Assembly: GCA_963826115.1 (NCBI GenBank)
Contig: CAWGVS010000012.1
Location: 384,001 to 448,000 of the forward strand
From: an uncultured Candidatus Rokubacteria bacterium
Lineage (GTDB): Bacteria > Methylomirabilota > Methylomirabilia > Rokubacteriales > DASRDR01
Direction of reading: 5' to 3'
DNA length: 64,000 bases
Numbering within the stretch: position 1 is the stretch's first letter; each line of letters starts with the position of its first letter. Below are positions 29,588 through 38,067 of this stretch, in pieces. The translations under genes were made by a program, and so were the position numbers. The notes below the pieces were generated by a model. The model was not told the DNA's origin. It made no database searches and saw nothing but the letters and a program-made list of their open reading frames with translations.

Positions 29588-30751
29588 TCATAGGAGGTAC
29601 CGCTCGGCATGAAGGAGCGCCATCACCTTCTCCTCGGCCCTGAGCCAACCGAACTCCGTCAAACCTCCATCCTGCGAAGCGACGAAGGCCACGGATTCCC
29701 GGATCCGGCAGCAGAATTCCGCTGCCGCACGGTGGCGGGCACCTCCGAGCTCTCGAATCGAGCGCAACACCCCTCCGGCCTTGGCCCGACCCGCCTCGAC
29801 GCAGACGATGTCCCCGATGGCGACTTGACCGGATTGAATCATCGCGCCGAAGGCGTGCAGCCTCAGATCCATGTCGAGCACCGTCGCGCCGTCTACGGCC
29901 GTGACTTGGCCCACCGTGTCCGCGGCATTCTGCAGATGCTCCGATTCAACGAGTGCGTTCACGGCGTATGGGTTCGGGAGCAGGCGATCCAGGGCGTCAC
30001 GGAGACCGCGAAACGGTGGAGAACACTGATACTTCGGCGCATCGCTCAGCGCGTCTCTCCAGTCGGATGTGTCGCTAGGCACCAAGAGGACGATGCCGCC
30101 GTGACCGGTCCGGCGCATCGAGTCCACGACCCGGGTGGTCCAGTAGGCGTTCACGAACCGATCGTCGGCGGGGGTGTCGGCCGGTAGCGCCAGCCGCGTC
30201 AGGCGGACCAGCGTGTCGTAGTCTTCGTCTTCGAGGAAGGTCGCTTCGCCAGCGTGATAGATCATGACGTTGCGAAGCATGCCCTTGACCACCAGGAGCC
30301 CCGGGCCCTTGACGTCGACGCACAACGCGGTGGACGTCATGGGGGTGAGGCCCCAGATCTCGAGTCTCGACGCCCCCTCCGCTCGGATACCAAGGCCGCG
30401 TCGCTCTCGGTGGACGGCCGGAGCCAGCTTCACGACCGCCTCGATGCCCAGCGGTATGGAGTGCTCGAACACCAGATCCTCATCGGTCGAAGGCGCCTGA
30501 AGCAACAGCGGCACGGCGACCGGTCGACCCTCCTCCTGCTGAAGACTCGCCCAGAATGCAGTGTTCAACAGCACGCTGACATGATCGTTCGATGGTATCG
30601 ACACTGGGTGCGTCGCCCTGCGCGGCAGGGTACTGAGTAGCCGCATCAACGTCGACACGGTGCGGGCGTCGCCGGGCAGCCTGCTCGCGAGGCCCACGCG
30701 GGTGAATGCGTCGAGCAATGGGCCATTTGCCTTCTCTTCGCTAAGGGACAC
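29588..30751 (-). CDS. Sensor-domain (DACNV-type) diadenylate cyclase
   Basis: N-terminal AFWASLQQEEGR..VKLAPA..IWG; C-terminal GHGGIVL, AVDGA, FGA, GARHRAA, VASQDG (DAC/DisA_N DGA and RHR motifs). Confidence 0.85.
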   Translation of the reverse strand: MSLSEEKANGPLLDAFTRVGLASRLPGDARTVSTLMRLLSTLPRRATHPVSIPSNDHVSVLLNTAFWASLQQEEGRPVAVPLLLQAPSTDEDLVFEHSIPLGIEAVVKLAPAVHRERRGLGIRAEGASRLEIWGLTPMTSTALCVDVKGPGLLVVKGMLRNVMIYHAGEATFLEDEDYDTLVRLTRLALPADTPADDRFVNAYWTTRVVDSMRRTGHGGIVLLVPSDTSDWRDALSDAPKYQCSPPFRGLRDALDRLLPNPYAVNALVESEHLQNAADTVGQVTAVDGATVLDMDLRLHAFGAMIQSGQVAIGDIVCVEAGRAKAGGVLRSIRELGGARHRAAAEFCCRIRESVAFVASQDGGLTEFGWLRAEEKVMALLHAERYLL

Positions 30752-31055
30752 GCGTCCTCCCCCTGACTGATGTCCGTCGGGCTGACCGACTCTCGCGCAG
30801 CACCCTAAGACCGCCCCCGGGCACGGCTCGCTACGCCGGTCGCTCTCACCGAGTGCTCGCCACCGCCCGCTCTCTCCTACCGCCTGAACGCGGGTACGCC
30901 CACGGCCCCGAGGAGGGGCTGCCTAGTCTGAACGCTCGCCGACTCGCATGACCGCGCCATGCCGAGGAGATTCGACCCGCGCCGCGTTCATCGCGCTTCC
31001 CCTCCAGGAGCCGGCCGACCCCGGGGTGTTCTCAGCACCGTGCGGACGCGTCGTC

Positions 31056-31214
31056 CTACCGTCGGTCTCGAGGCAGCTTGACCCACTGGCGCGTCTTGTC
31101 ATCGAAGCGCCACACGTCGCCCGCCTCATCGAGGGCGTAGAGGAGGATCTCGCCACCCTGAACCGACGTGGTGATCTGCACGAACTTCGGGTCTTTCTTG
31201 TTCTCGTCGCGCAT
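31056..31214 (-). CDS. Small hypothetical protein (52 aa)
   Basis: MRDENKKDPKFVQI..LYALDEAGDVWRF..W; ggag RBS. Confidence 0.5.
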   Translation of the reverse strand: MRDENKKDPKFVQITTSVQGGEILLYALDEAGDVWRFDDKTRQWVKLPRDRR

Positions 31215-31691
31215 CTCTACTCCCCGCAGTGCCGTGACCGGCACGCCAAGGGCTCGGAGGTTCATCAAGTGTGGGTGCCCGCGACCAGCGTTCCTAGTCA
31301 CGCTCGTCTCTACAATTCTCTGCGTGAGGCGATTCATGGCCCGGTCGTGGCGCTGCAGCATTCCGGCGAAGTGATCGACCATGGGTCGCAACCATGTCGG
31401 GTTCGCTCCCGCCCCGCCCGACCCTACCGCGCCCCGGCCTCGGGCGCCAGACGGCTTCCCCCGGATCGTGGTAACATTCGTTCGCCTTCCACCGGGCTCC
31501 CCGTGTGACGCTCCGGGCGTCGTGCCCTCTGGCATCTGGCTTGGGTACTCCCAGCCGTTCTGCATTGGCGCTCCGACGCTCGGGGCGCGCCGTGAGGATC
31601 TGCTGATGCCGGATGAATGTCTCCTCCGTGAGCAAGAGTGCCGGGCAATCCGCCATGGAACGCTCCCTCACCGGCGCCCGGATCGCTGACC

Positions 31692-31937
31692 ATGCCATCC
31701 GTCTGGCACCCGACGGGCCCTCCGCCGCCGCTCTCGCCGCACGCCGCCGCTGTGGATCGCCTCCGCCGCGCCGTCAACGCGGTCCGGGATGCCCAGGAGA
31801 TGCTGGAGCGCCTGGTGCGCACCGGACCTCTCGCGAAGCGGCCGACCCTGCAGGCGGCCATCGTGGACCTCGAATGGACTGCCGGGGCACTGTCGACCGC
31901 TCTACTCGCGCTCCAGCAGGAACCCGCCGGCTCCTGA
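31692..31937 (+). CDS. Hypothetical helical protein
   Basis: High-GC3 ORF with amphipathic helices. Confidence 0.45.
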   Translation: MPSVWHPTGPPPPLSPHAAAVDRLRRAVNAVRDAQEMLERLVRTGPLAKRPTLQAAIVDLEWTAGALSTALLALQQEPAGS

Positions 31938-32211
31938 TCGGTCGGGCGCCGGGCCCGGCGCTCGCCCCGAAGTCGCCCACGGCATAGTGGCACGGTGGAA
32001 GGCGGCGGCCTTGACGGCCCGCCGCGCGCCTCCTGGTGAAAGCGAAGGCGGCTTCCTTGGCAGGCTAGGAACGGCCAGGAATCGATGATTCATACGTCCT
32101 AGAAACAAAGCCCTAGCGGGCGGTCAGGTCCGTGTCGCGCACGGTCGCCTCCCCCTCCGATCCGCAGCACGTTCCCACGATCTCGTACCCCGATGTGCAG
32201 GGATCCGGCTG

Positions 32212-32640
32212 TTACGACCAGTCCCCGGGGCGGGCGCGCAGGCGCTTGACGCCACCGCGCTGCTTCTTGCCCGCGATCCGCCGTTCGCGGGACGTTCGCG
32301 TCGGTCGAGTGGCGCGGCGCGGCGTCGGTCGGACCAGGGCGGCAGCGATCAGTTCGCGCACCTTGGCGCGGGCGTCCTCGACATTCAGGGACTGCGTCCG
32401 GGTGAGCTGGCTGGTCACCACCAGGCGGCCGTCGGCGTCAAGGCGATTGGCCACGAGGTCATGGAGGCGGCGCCGGGCCGACTCGGCCAACCCCTCGATC
32501 GCCGCCAGCTCGACCCGCAGTTCGATCTTCGTCGCGACCTTGTTCACGTTCTGGCCGCCGGGACCGGATGCCCGACTGGCGCGAACCGTGATCGCGCTCT
32601 CTGGAACCCGAACGGTCTCGCTCACGACGATCGCGCTCAC
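32212..32640 (-). CDS. arfB: Alternative ribosome rescue peptidyl-tRNA hydrolase ArfB
   Basis: RASGPGGQNVNKVAT, RTQSLN, basic tail RRATRPTRTSRERRIAGKKQRG. Confidence 0.95.
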   Translation of the reverse strand: MSAIVVSETVRVPESAITVRASRASGPGGQNVNKVATKIELRVELAAIEGLAESARRRLHDLVANRLDADGRLVVTSQLTRTQSLNVEDARAKVRELIAAALVRPTPRRATRPTRTSRERRIAGKKQRGGVKRLRARPGDWS

Positions 32641-32819
32641 GCGTCGTACTCCTGGGTGACCTGGAGTTCCACGACGTCGCCCTCCTGGCCGACGACCAGC
32701 GTGATGAGGTTCGGTCGACAGCAGACCGCGCAGTCCTCCGTAAAACGCTGTCGACGCCCTCCGCTCACGTCGACGAGGACCTCGTTCTCCTCGCCGCAGA
32801 ACGCGCACTCGTACGTCAC
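32637..32819 (-). CDS. CPXCG-motif cysteine-rich protein
   Basis: CAFCGEEN..D...QRFTEDCAVCCRP; stop overlaps arfB GTG. Confidence 0.85.
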   Translation of the reverse strand: MTYECAFCGEENEVLVDVSGGRRQRFTEDCAVCCRPNLITLVVGQEGDVVELQVTQEYDA

Positions 32820-32988
32820 GATGCCCCGTCGGCGTGGAGCACGATCAGCGCAGCCCTGCGTTCGCGGGCAGCCAGCCGAACCGGGATCCAGCCGTCGCCT
32901 CTTCGTCGCCATCGTGGGTGGATGAGGCATCCCGAGGTGTTCCAGGTGTCGGACACCGTAAGGCAGCAGGATTCGAGCGATCCTCCGG

Positions 32989-33035
32989 TGGCGGCTCCAA
33001 CGGGCGTCGAATCCGCGCTCTGGCCGCGCGAGGGC
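32989..33035 (-). pseudogene. Degenerate tRNA-Glu 3' half including the CCA end
   Basis: tggcggctccaacgggcgtcgaatccgcg..gccgcgcgagggc resembles the reverse complement of a tRNA-Glu acceptor, T-arm and anticodon arm. Confidence 0.5.
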
Positions 33036-33464
33036 GGGGGCGGGGTCCGCAGTCGCCGGCACTTACGGCGTGGTTGCCACCGCCGGTGGCCTTCCGAGTG
33101 AACAGCGGGCGCGGCGCGAAGAGCGACCGCCCTGCCCCGAGTTCTCGGCGTCTCATCATGGGCCACCTGTTGATCTGAACCAGTGTGCCATGCGCGCCTA
33201 CTCTCCCGCGGGCGCACCGTCCCCGGTCTTCAGATCCGCGCTCGCGAACGTGTCGGACGAGTGCCCACCATAGCGGGGAGACGGCGGAAGCCCAACGAGG
33301 AGCCGCTCGTCCAAGCCATGCGGTCCCTCGTCGTGGTACAACAGGTCGAGGTCGTGGCGCGGCACGTTCGCGTCGGCGGTCGAGGCGTGCAAGGCGCGCG
33401 CGAGCAGCATGGAGTCTCCCTCGGGAGACGGCGCACGCTATCCTGGAAACCCCGGAGCACTACC

Positions 33465-34832
33465 ATGTCATCCCCCACCGAAGCCCCGCGCCCCAAGGCC
33501 GTGCTCGTCGGCGTGCAGCTTCCAGGCGTCACCGACGCGGAACACCGGTCGTCGCTGATGGAGCTCAAGCGCCTGTGCAAGACGCTCGGCTTCGAGGTCG
33601 TCGGCGAGGTGACGCAGAAGCGCAAGGGCCTCGGCGCTGCCGCGCTGCTCGGCGAGGGCAAGCTCGTGGAGCTGGCCGCCTGGACCGGCGGCACGGGCGT
33701 CGTCCCCACGGGACCCCCCGGCAAGAAGAAAGTGACCAGAGAAGACGAAGAGGAGGACGAGACCGAGCCGCTCCACCTCGACACGCCGCCCGCGCCCGCC
33801 GGGGAGCCGCGCGCCACCGTCGTCGTCATCGACCACGAGCTGTCGCCTCGCCAGCTCCGCCACATCGAGCGCGCGACCTCGGCCGCGGCGGTCCTCGATC
33901 GGACAGGCGTGATCATCGAGATCTTCCACCGGCACGCGTCGAGCCGACCGGCGCGCCTGCAGGTCGAGATCGCGCGGCTCACGTATGTGGCCCCCCGATT
34001 GCGCGAGACCGGCGGCGGCGAGCGCCAGCGCGGCGGCATCGGGCAGAGGGGCGCGGGGGAGTCCTCCGTGGAGCTCGATCGCCGCAAGATCCGCGACCGC
34101 ATCTCCGAGCTCAAGACGGAGCTGGCCGCCATCGACGACGAGTCGAAGACGCGGCGGGCGAGGCGTCAGGAAGCGCTGCGCGTCGCGCTGGTCGGGTACA
34201 CCAACGCGGGCAAGTCGTCGCTGATGCGCGCCCTCACCGGCTCGCAGGTGCTCGTCGCCGACAAGCTGTTCGCGACCCTCGACACCACCGTCCGCGCGCT
34301 GTGGCCCGAGGCTCGGCCGCGCATCTTGGTGTCGGACACCGTGGGTTTCATCAAGAAGCTTCCGCACGACCTCGTCGCCAGCTTCCGCTCGACGCTCGAC
34401 GAGGCGCTCGAAGCGTCGCTGCTGCTCCAGATCGTCGATGCGGCCGACCCGGTCTTCCGCGCTCAGCTGCAGGTCACCCGCGAGGTGCTGGACGAGATCG
34501 GCGCCGGCGACGTGCCGTGGATCCTCGTCCTCAACAAGATCGACAAGGTCACCCAGACCGATCGGGAGGAGCTGTTGAAGGAGTTCCCGGCCGCGCTGCT
34601 CGTCTCGGCCAAGGACCCGGCGGATGTCGGGCGCGTGCGGGACGCGATCATCGGGGCCTTCGAGGCGAACATGACCGAGGTCGAGCTCGTCGTCCCGTAC
34701 AGCGCAGGCAGCGCGATCGGCGAAATCCACAAGGTCCACGTGATCTCGGAGTCCTTCGAAGGGGACGGCGTGCGCTACCGAGTGAGGGCCACCGACGCCG
34801 CCATCGAGCGGATACGAGCGATGCTGCGCTAG
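33465..34832 (+). CDS. hflX: Ribosome-splitting GTPase HflX
   Basis: GYTNAGKS, FATLDTT, DTVGF, NKID; LSPRQLR and DRTGVIIEIF in the N-domain; start ATG 33465. Confidence 0.95.
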   Translation: MSSPTEAPRPKAVLVGVQLPGVTDAEHRSSLMELKRLCKTLGFEVVGEVTQKRKGLGAAALLGEGKLVELAAWTGGTGVVPTGPPGKKKVTREDEEEDETEPLHLDTPPAPAGEPRATVVVIDHELSPRQLRHIERATSAAAVLDRTGVIIEIFHRHASSRPARLQVEIARLTYVAPRLRETGGGERQRGGIGQRGAGESSVELDRRKIRDRISELKTELAAIDDESKTRRARRQEALRVALVGYTNAGKSSLMRALTGSQVLVADKLFATLDTTVRALWPEARPRILVSDTVGFIKKLPHDLVASFRSTLDEALEASLLLQIVDAADPVFRAQLQVTREVLDEIGAGDVPWILVLNKIDKVTQTDREELLKEFPAALLVSAKDPADVGRVRDAIIGAFEANMTEVELVVPYSAGSAIGEIHKVHVISESFEGDGVRYRVRATDAAIERIRAMLR

Positions 34833-34982
34833 AAGGCGCGGTCGATGCTCGGCTGTCACTCTTGCTGGTTGACAAGCGGATCGCGTCCGCCAATGAGCGG
34901 CACGCTCTCCTGCAATCGGGTCACGATCCCATGCCGGGATCACTCAGCCACCGTGTAACATAGGCCTCGACAAGGAGTGTGG

Positions 34983-35258
34983 ATGCCAACCCTCAAGGAG
35001 ATCCAGAAGTTCGTTCAGCGTCACCACGGATTCATCCCGAAGCCCGAGTGGATCAATCATGTCAAGGTGGTCTGGGGTCTGCCGACGCGCCAAGCGCCGA
35101 ACCGCGCCGGGCGAGGTCGTCGGGTCGTGCCATTGCCACCCGACAAGCGTGAGGCGATCGAACAGGCCCTTCGGCACTTCGGTGTGACGCCCTCACCAGC
35201 CGGCGCCCCACGTCAACGCACCAAAACCGATTCACGTCCAACTGAGAGGAGGCGGTGA
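34983..35258 (+). CDS. Small protein resembling the C-terminal extension of RlmD/RumA methyltransferases
   Basis: TLKEIQKFV..GF.PK..WI.HVK..GL..R.APNR...PPDKREAIEQALRHFG; aaggag RBS. Confidence 0.65.
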   Translation: MPTLKEIQKFVQRHHGFIPKPEWINHVKVVWGLPTRQAPNRAGRGRRVVPLPPDKREAIEQALRHFGVTPSPAGAPRQRTKTDSRPTERRR

Positions 35259-35359
35259 TGCCCGCCACCAAACGCGCGCCGAGGCGCCGGAAGACCGCAC
35301 GCAAGCGGGCCGCCCTGAAGAAGAAGGAGCAGAAGCGCCGCGCGCGCGCCAACGGCTGA
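35258..35359 (+). CDS. 33-aa highly basic peptide (not in ORF track)
   Basis: MPATKRAPRRRKTARKRAALKKKEQKRRARANG; gaggagg RBS; TGATG overlap with upstream stop. Confidence 0.65.
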   Translation: MPATKRAPRRRKTARKRAALKKKEQKRRARANG

Positions 35360-35459
35360 GCGTGCCCCCGAGAGCCGGCTCCATCCTGCGGCCGCCGTAG
35401 GCGAGGCTCCCCTGGGGACATTCGTCAACTTCGCCCGTACCTGACGGATCCGGCTCGAT

Positions 35460-35498
35460 CAGCCGGGTCACCATCGTCTTCGGCGCGGTGACCCGCTG
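35460..35498 (+). terminator. Stable hairpin between convergent genes
   Basis: cgggtcacc..cTTCGg..ggtgacccg stem with C-UUCG-G loop. Confidence 0.35.
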
Positions 35499-35588
35499 AC
35501 TAGCCCCTTGAGCGTCCGCGGTCTACCAGCCGTACCTGGGCGCTCGCCCATGAAACCTTGGGCCGGCCCCGGGCGGGGCCCGCCCGGG

Positions 35589-36803
35589 CTACGCCATGCC
35601 GGACATCCCGCCGCCGTTGCCGGAACCGCCCGGCCGCGGCTCGCGCTCGCCCAGGCTCTCCAGCACCCACTGGTTGAACTGGTGGCACCCGTGCTCCTGC
35701 GGGACGAAGTTGCCGTGCGCGAGCGGGCGGGCGTGGAGGCCCTCCTGCTGCCACTCGCAGTTCCGCGCGTCCTGGCGGTTCGTGAGGTCCCACAGCGCGA
35801 CGTAGTGCTCGAGGTCGAACTCCGGGAGCTGCATGGCCTCGGGCTCGAAGAGCCAGTCGTAGATCATCCGCACGCTCTCGGGCCCGGTCGCCAGCATCTG
35901 GTGCGAGTTGACGTAGTCCGGGTGGACGTTCAGGAAGAAGTTCGGCCGGAACGTCGCCGACTGGTAGAGGTTCACCCGCTCCTCGTCCGAGAGGCCCCGG
36001 AACGGCGGAATGCGGGCCGTCCCGTCCATGGTGAGCGTCGCGGCGCCGGGCTTGTAGCGGGGCCGCGCCGACGCGAGCGGGTTGCCCGCCGCGTCGGTGC
36101 GGAGGCCCCACGCCCCGGCGTCCCAGAAGAGCGACGCGATCTCGCAGAGCTCCGGGTGGACCGGCGGGCAATGGAAGCACTCCGAGAAGTTCTCGAAGAG
36201 GAGCTTCCAGTTGGCCTTCACGTCCATGACGATCCGCTTCCCGATCCGGAGGTCCGCGAAGCCGTAGTTCCGGAACCGCTCCGGCAGGTCGCCGAGGGCC
36301 TCGTGTAGCGGCCCGGCCTGGTCCCCCGCGAGGTTCACGAAGATGAAGCCGCCCCAGGTCCCGAGGGCCACCTTGAAGAGGGAGTAGCCCGCCTTGTCGA
36401 AGTCCGGGCTCTCCATCTGCCGCGGCGTCCCGATGAGCTCCCCGTCGAGGCTGTAGGTCCACGTGTGATAGGGACACACGATGCTCCGGCCCGGGAGGCG
36501 GCCCTGTTCCTCGGTGCAGAGGATCGAGCCCCGGTGGCGGCACGTGTTGTGGAACGCGTGGAGCCGGCCCTCGAGATCGCGGACGACGACGACGCTCTGG
36601 GTCCCGATCCGGACGACCTTGTAGTCCCGCGGCGCGGGGATCTCCTCCTCGCGCCCGGCCATCACCCACATGCCGTACCAGAAGACCTCGAGCTCGCGCT
36701 CGTAGTGCTGGGGATCGTAGTAGTAGCGGGCGGGGATGCTGGGCTCGAGCTGGTTGAGCGCCGCCCGCCGCTGATGGTAGGTCGAGGCCTGCGACCCCTG
36801 CAT
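35589..36803 (-). CDS. Rieske non-heme iron oxygenase alpha subunit (GbcA/choline monooxygenase-like)
   Basis: CRHRG..CPYH, ANWK..ENFSECFHC..HPEL. Confidence 0.93.
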   Translation of the reverse strand: MQGSQASTYHQRRAALNQLEPSIPARYYYDPQHYERELEVFWYGMWVMAGREEEIPAPRDYKVVRIGTQSVVVVRDLEGRLHAFHNTCRHRGSILCTEEQGRLPGRSIVCPYHTWTYSLDGELIGTPRQMESPDFDKAGYSLFKVALGTWGGFIFVNLAGDQAGPLHEALGDLPERFRNYGFADLRIGKRIVMDVKANWKLLFENFSECFHCPPVHPELCEIASLFWDAGAWGLRTDAAGNPLASARPRYKPGAATLTMDGTARIPPFRGLSDEERVNLYQSATFRPNFFLNVHPDYVNSHQMLATGPESVRMIYDWLFEPEAMQLPEFDLEHYVALWDLTNRQDARNCEWQQEGLHARPLAHGNFVPQEHGCHQFNQWVLESLGEREPRPGGSGNGGGMSGMA

Positions 36804-37037
36804 AGGTCCTCCCGGGTTCCCGCGTCCGACGGCGCGCCCCGGGCCGGACCACCCGGCCGGGCCGCTCGCTGGCCTGCCTATTGTACGCGCGACCCGGCCC
36901 CGGCGCGCCGGGACGCGGTGCGGCCGGCGCGGGCATCGCCCGCGGGGGCCGGCGGCTGGTGCCGCAATCCGCCGTGGGGTATCGTCGGCGAGTCCGGCGT
37001 GGTGGCCGGCACATCACCGCAGGGAGACGAGGGCGCC

Positions 37038-38048
37038 ATGTCGACGGAGCGGTCGCACAACTGGGAGGTGTCCGAACGGGCCGCCGAGCTCCACCGCTCG
37101 GCGCTCGTGTGGGACGATCACGGCGGGTTCGCCTACAGCACGGGCTCGGCCCTCCGGGACCTCGAGCGCTGGCGCACCTCGGGCATCGACTACCTCTCGA
37201 TCAACGTGGGCTACGACGTAATGCCGTGGACCCTCGCCGTCGAGGCGGTGTCGCAGGACCGCCAGTGGATTCGCGAGCACCCGGAAACCTTCATCCAGGT
37301 GCGGACGACCGAGGACGTGCAGCGCGCCAAGCGCGAGGGCAAGCTCGCCGTGTCCTTCGACCTCGAAGGGATGGATGCGCTGAACGGCGACCTCGGCATG
37401 GTGGACGTCTACTACCGGCTCGGCGTCCGCCAGATGCTGTTCGCCTACAACCGGAACAACAAGGCGGGCGGGGGCTGCCACGACGAGGACGTCGGGCTCA
37501 CCCCGTTCGGCCGCGACGTCATCCGCGAGATGAACCGGGTCGGGATGCTCGTCGACGGGTCCCACTGCGGGTACCGGACGACCATGGAGGCCATGGAGCT
37601 GTCCACGGCGCCCTGTATCTTCTCGCACTCGAACGCGCGGCGCCTCTGCGACCACGAGCGGAACATCCGCGATGACCAGATCAAGGCCTGCGCGGCCACC
37701 GGCGGCGTCATCGCGGTCACCGGCGTCGGCCGCTTCCTGGGGCCGAAGGGACCGGTCGTGGAGCACCTGGTCGAGCACGTCGACTACATGGTCGAGCTCG
37801 TCGGGCCGGACCACGTCGGCCTCGGCATGGACAGCGTGCTGAAGCAGAAGCCTCCGGGCGCGCCCTTCACGGGAAGTCGCGCCTACTGGCCGGAGCGCCA
37901 GTACCCCGACAGCGGCACGGGCTACGTCGACCCCGAGGCCTGGCCCCGCATCACGCAGGCGCTCCTCGACCGCGGCTACGGCGAGGCGGCCGTCCTCGGC
38001 ATCCTCGGCGAGAACTTCCTCCGCGTCGCGACCCGCGTCTGGAAGTAA
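37038..38048 (+). CDS. Membrane dipeptidase (M19) family
   Basis: DDH, EMNRVGMLVDGSH, FSHSN, RNIRDDQI, GPDHVGLGMD, ILGENFLRV. Confidence 0.92.
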   Translation: MSTERSHNWEVSERAAELHRSALVWDDHGGFAYSTGSALRDLERWRTSGIDYLSINVGYDVMPWTLAVEAVSQDRQWIREHPETFIQVRTTEDVQRAKREGKLAVSFDLEGMDALNGDLGMVDVYYRLGVRQMLFAYNRNNKAGGGCHDEDVGLTPFGRDVIREMNRVGMLVDGSHCGYRTTMEAMELSTAPCIFSHSNARRLCDHERNIRDDQIKACAATGGVIAVTGVGRFLGPKGPVVEHLVEHVDYMVELVGPDHVGLGMDSVLKQKPPGAPFTGSRAYWPERQYPDSGTGYVDPEAWPRITQALLDRGYGEAAVLGILGENFLRVATRVWK

Positions 38049-38067
38049 CGCCGCGCCCGCGGCGGCG

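Larger units (their letters stand above)
25023..33035. mobile_element. Putative degenerate genomic island bounded by tRNA-Glu-derived direct repeats
   Basis: cggctccaacggg at both 25023-25035 and 32992-33004; less GC-rich, many short hypothetical ORFs, IS remnant; no integrase seen. Confidence 0.5.

Noticed and set aside
29110-29590. Small ORFs between the GntR promoter and the DAC gene as a possible DAC effector
   Set aside because: No coherent codon bias or motif (MAFDKGPACGG.. may be a decayed zinc ribbon); insufficient evidence
33198-33410. Short minus-strand ORF (..DLDLLYHDEGPHGLDERLL..) upstream of hflX, considered as a gene remnant or attenuation leader
   Set aside because: Wrong strand for a leader peptide and no recognisable family; cannot be supported
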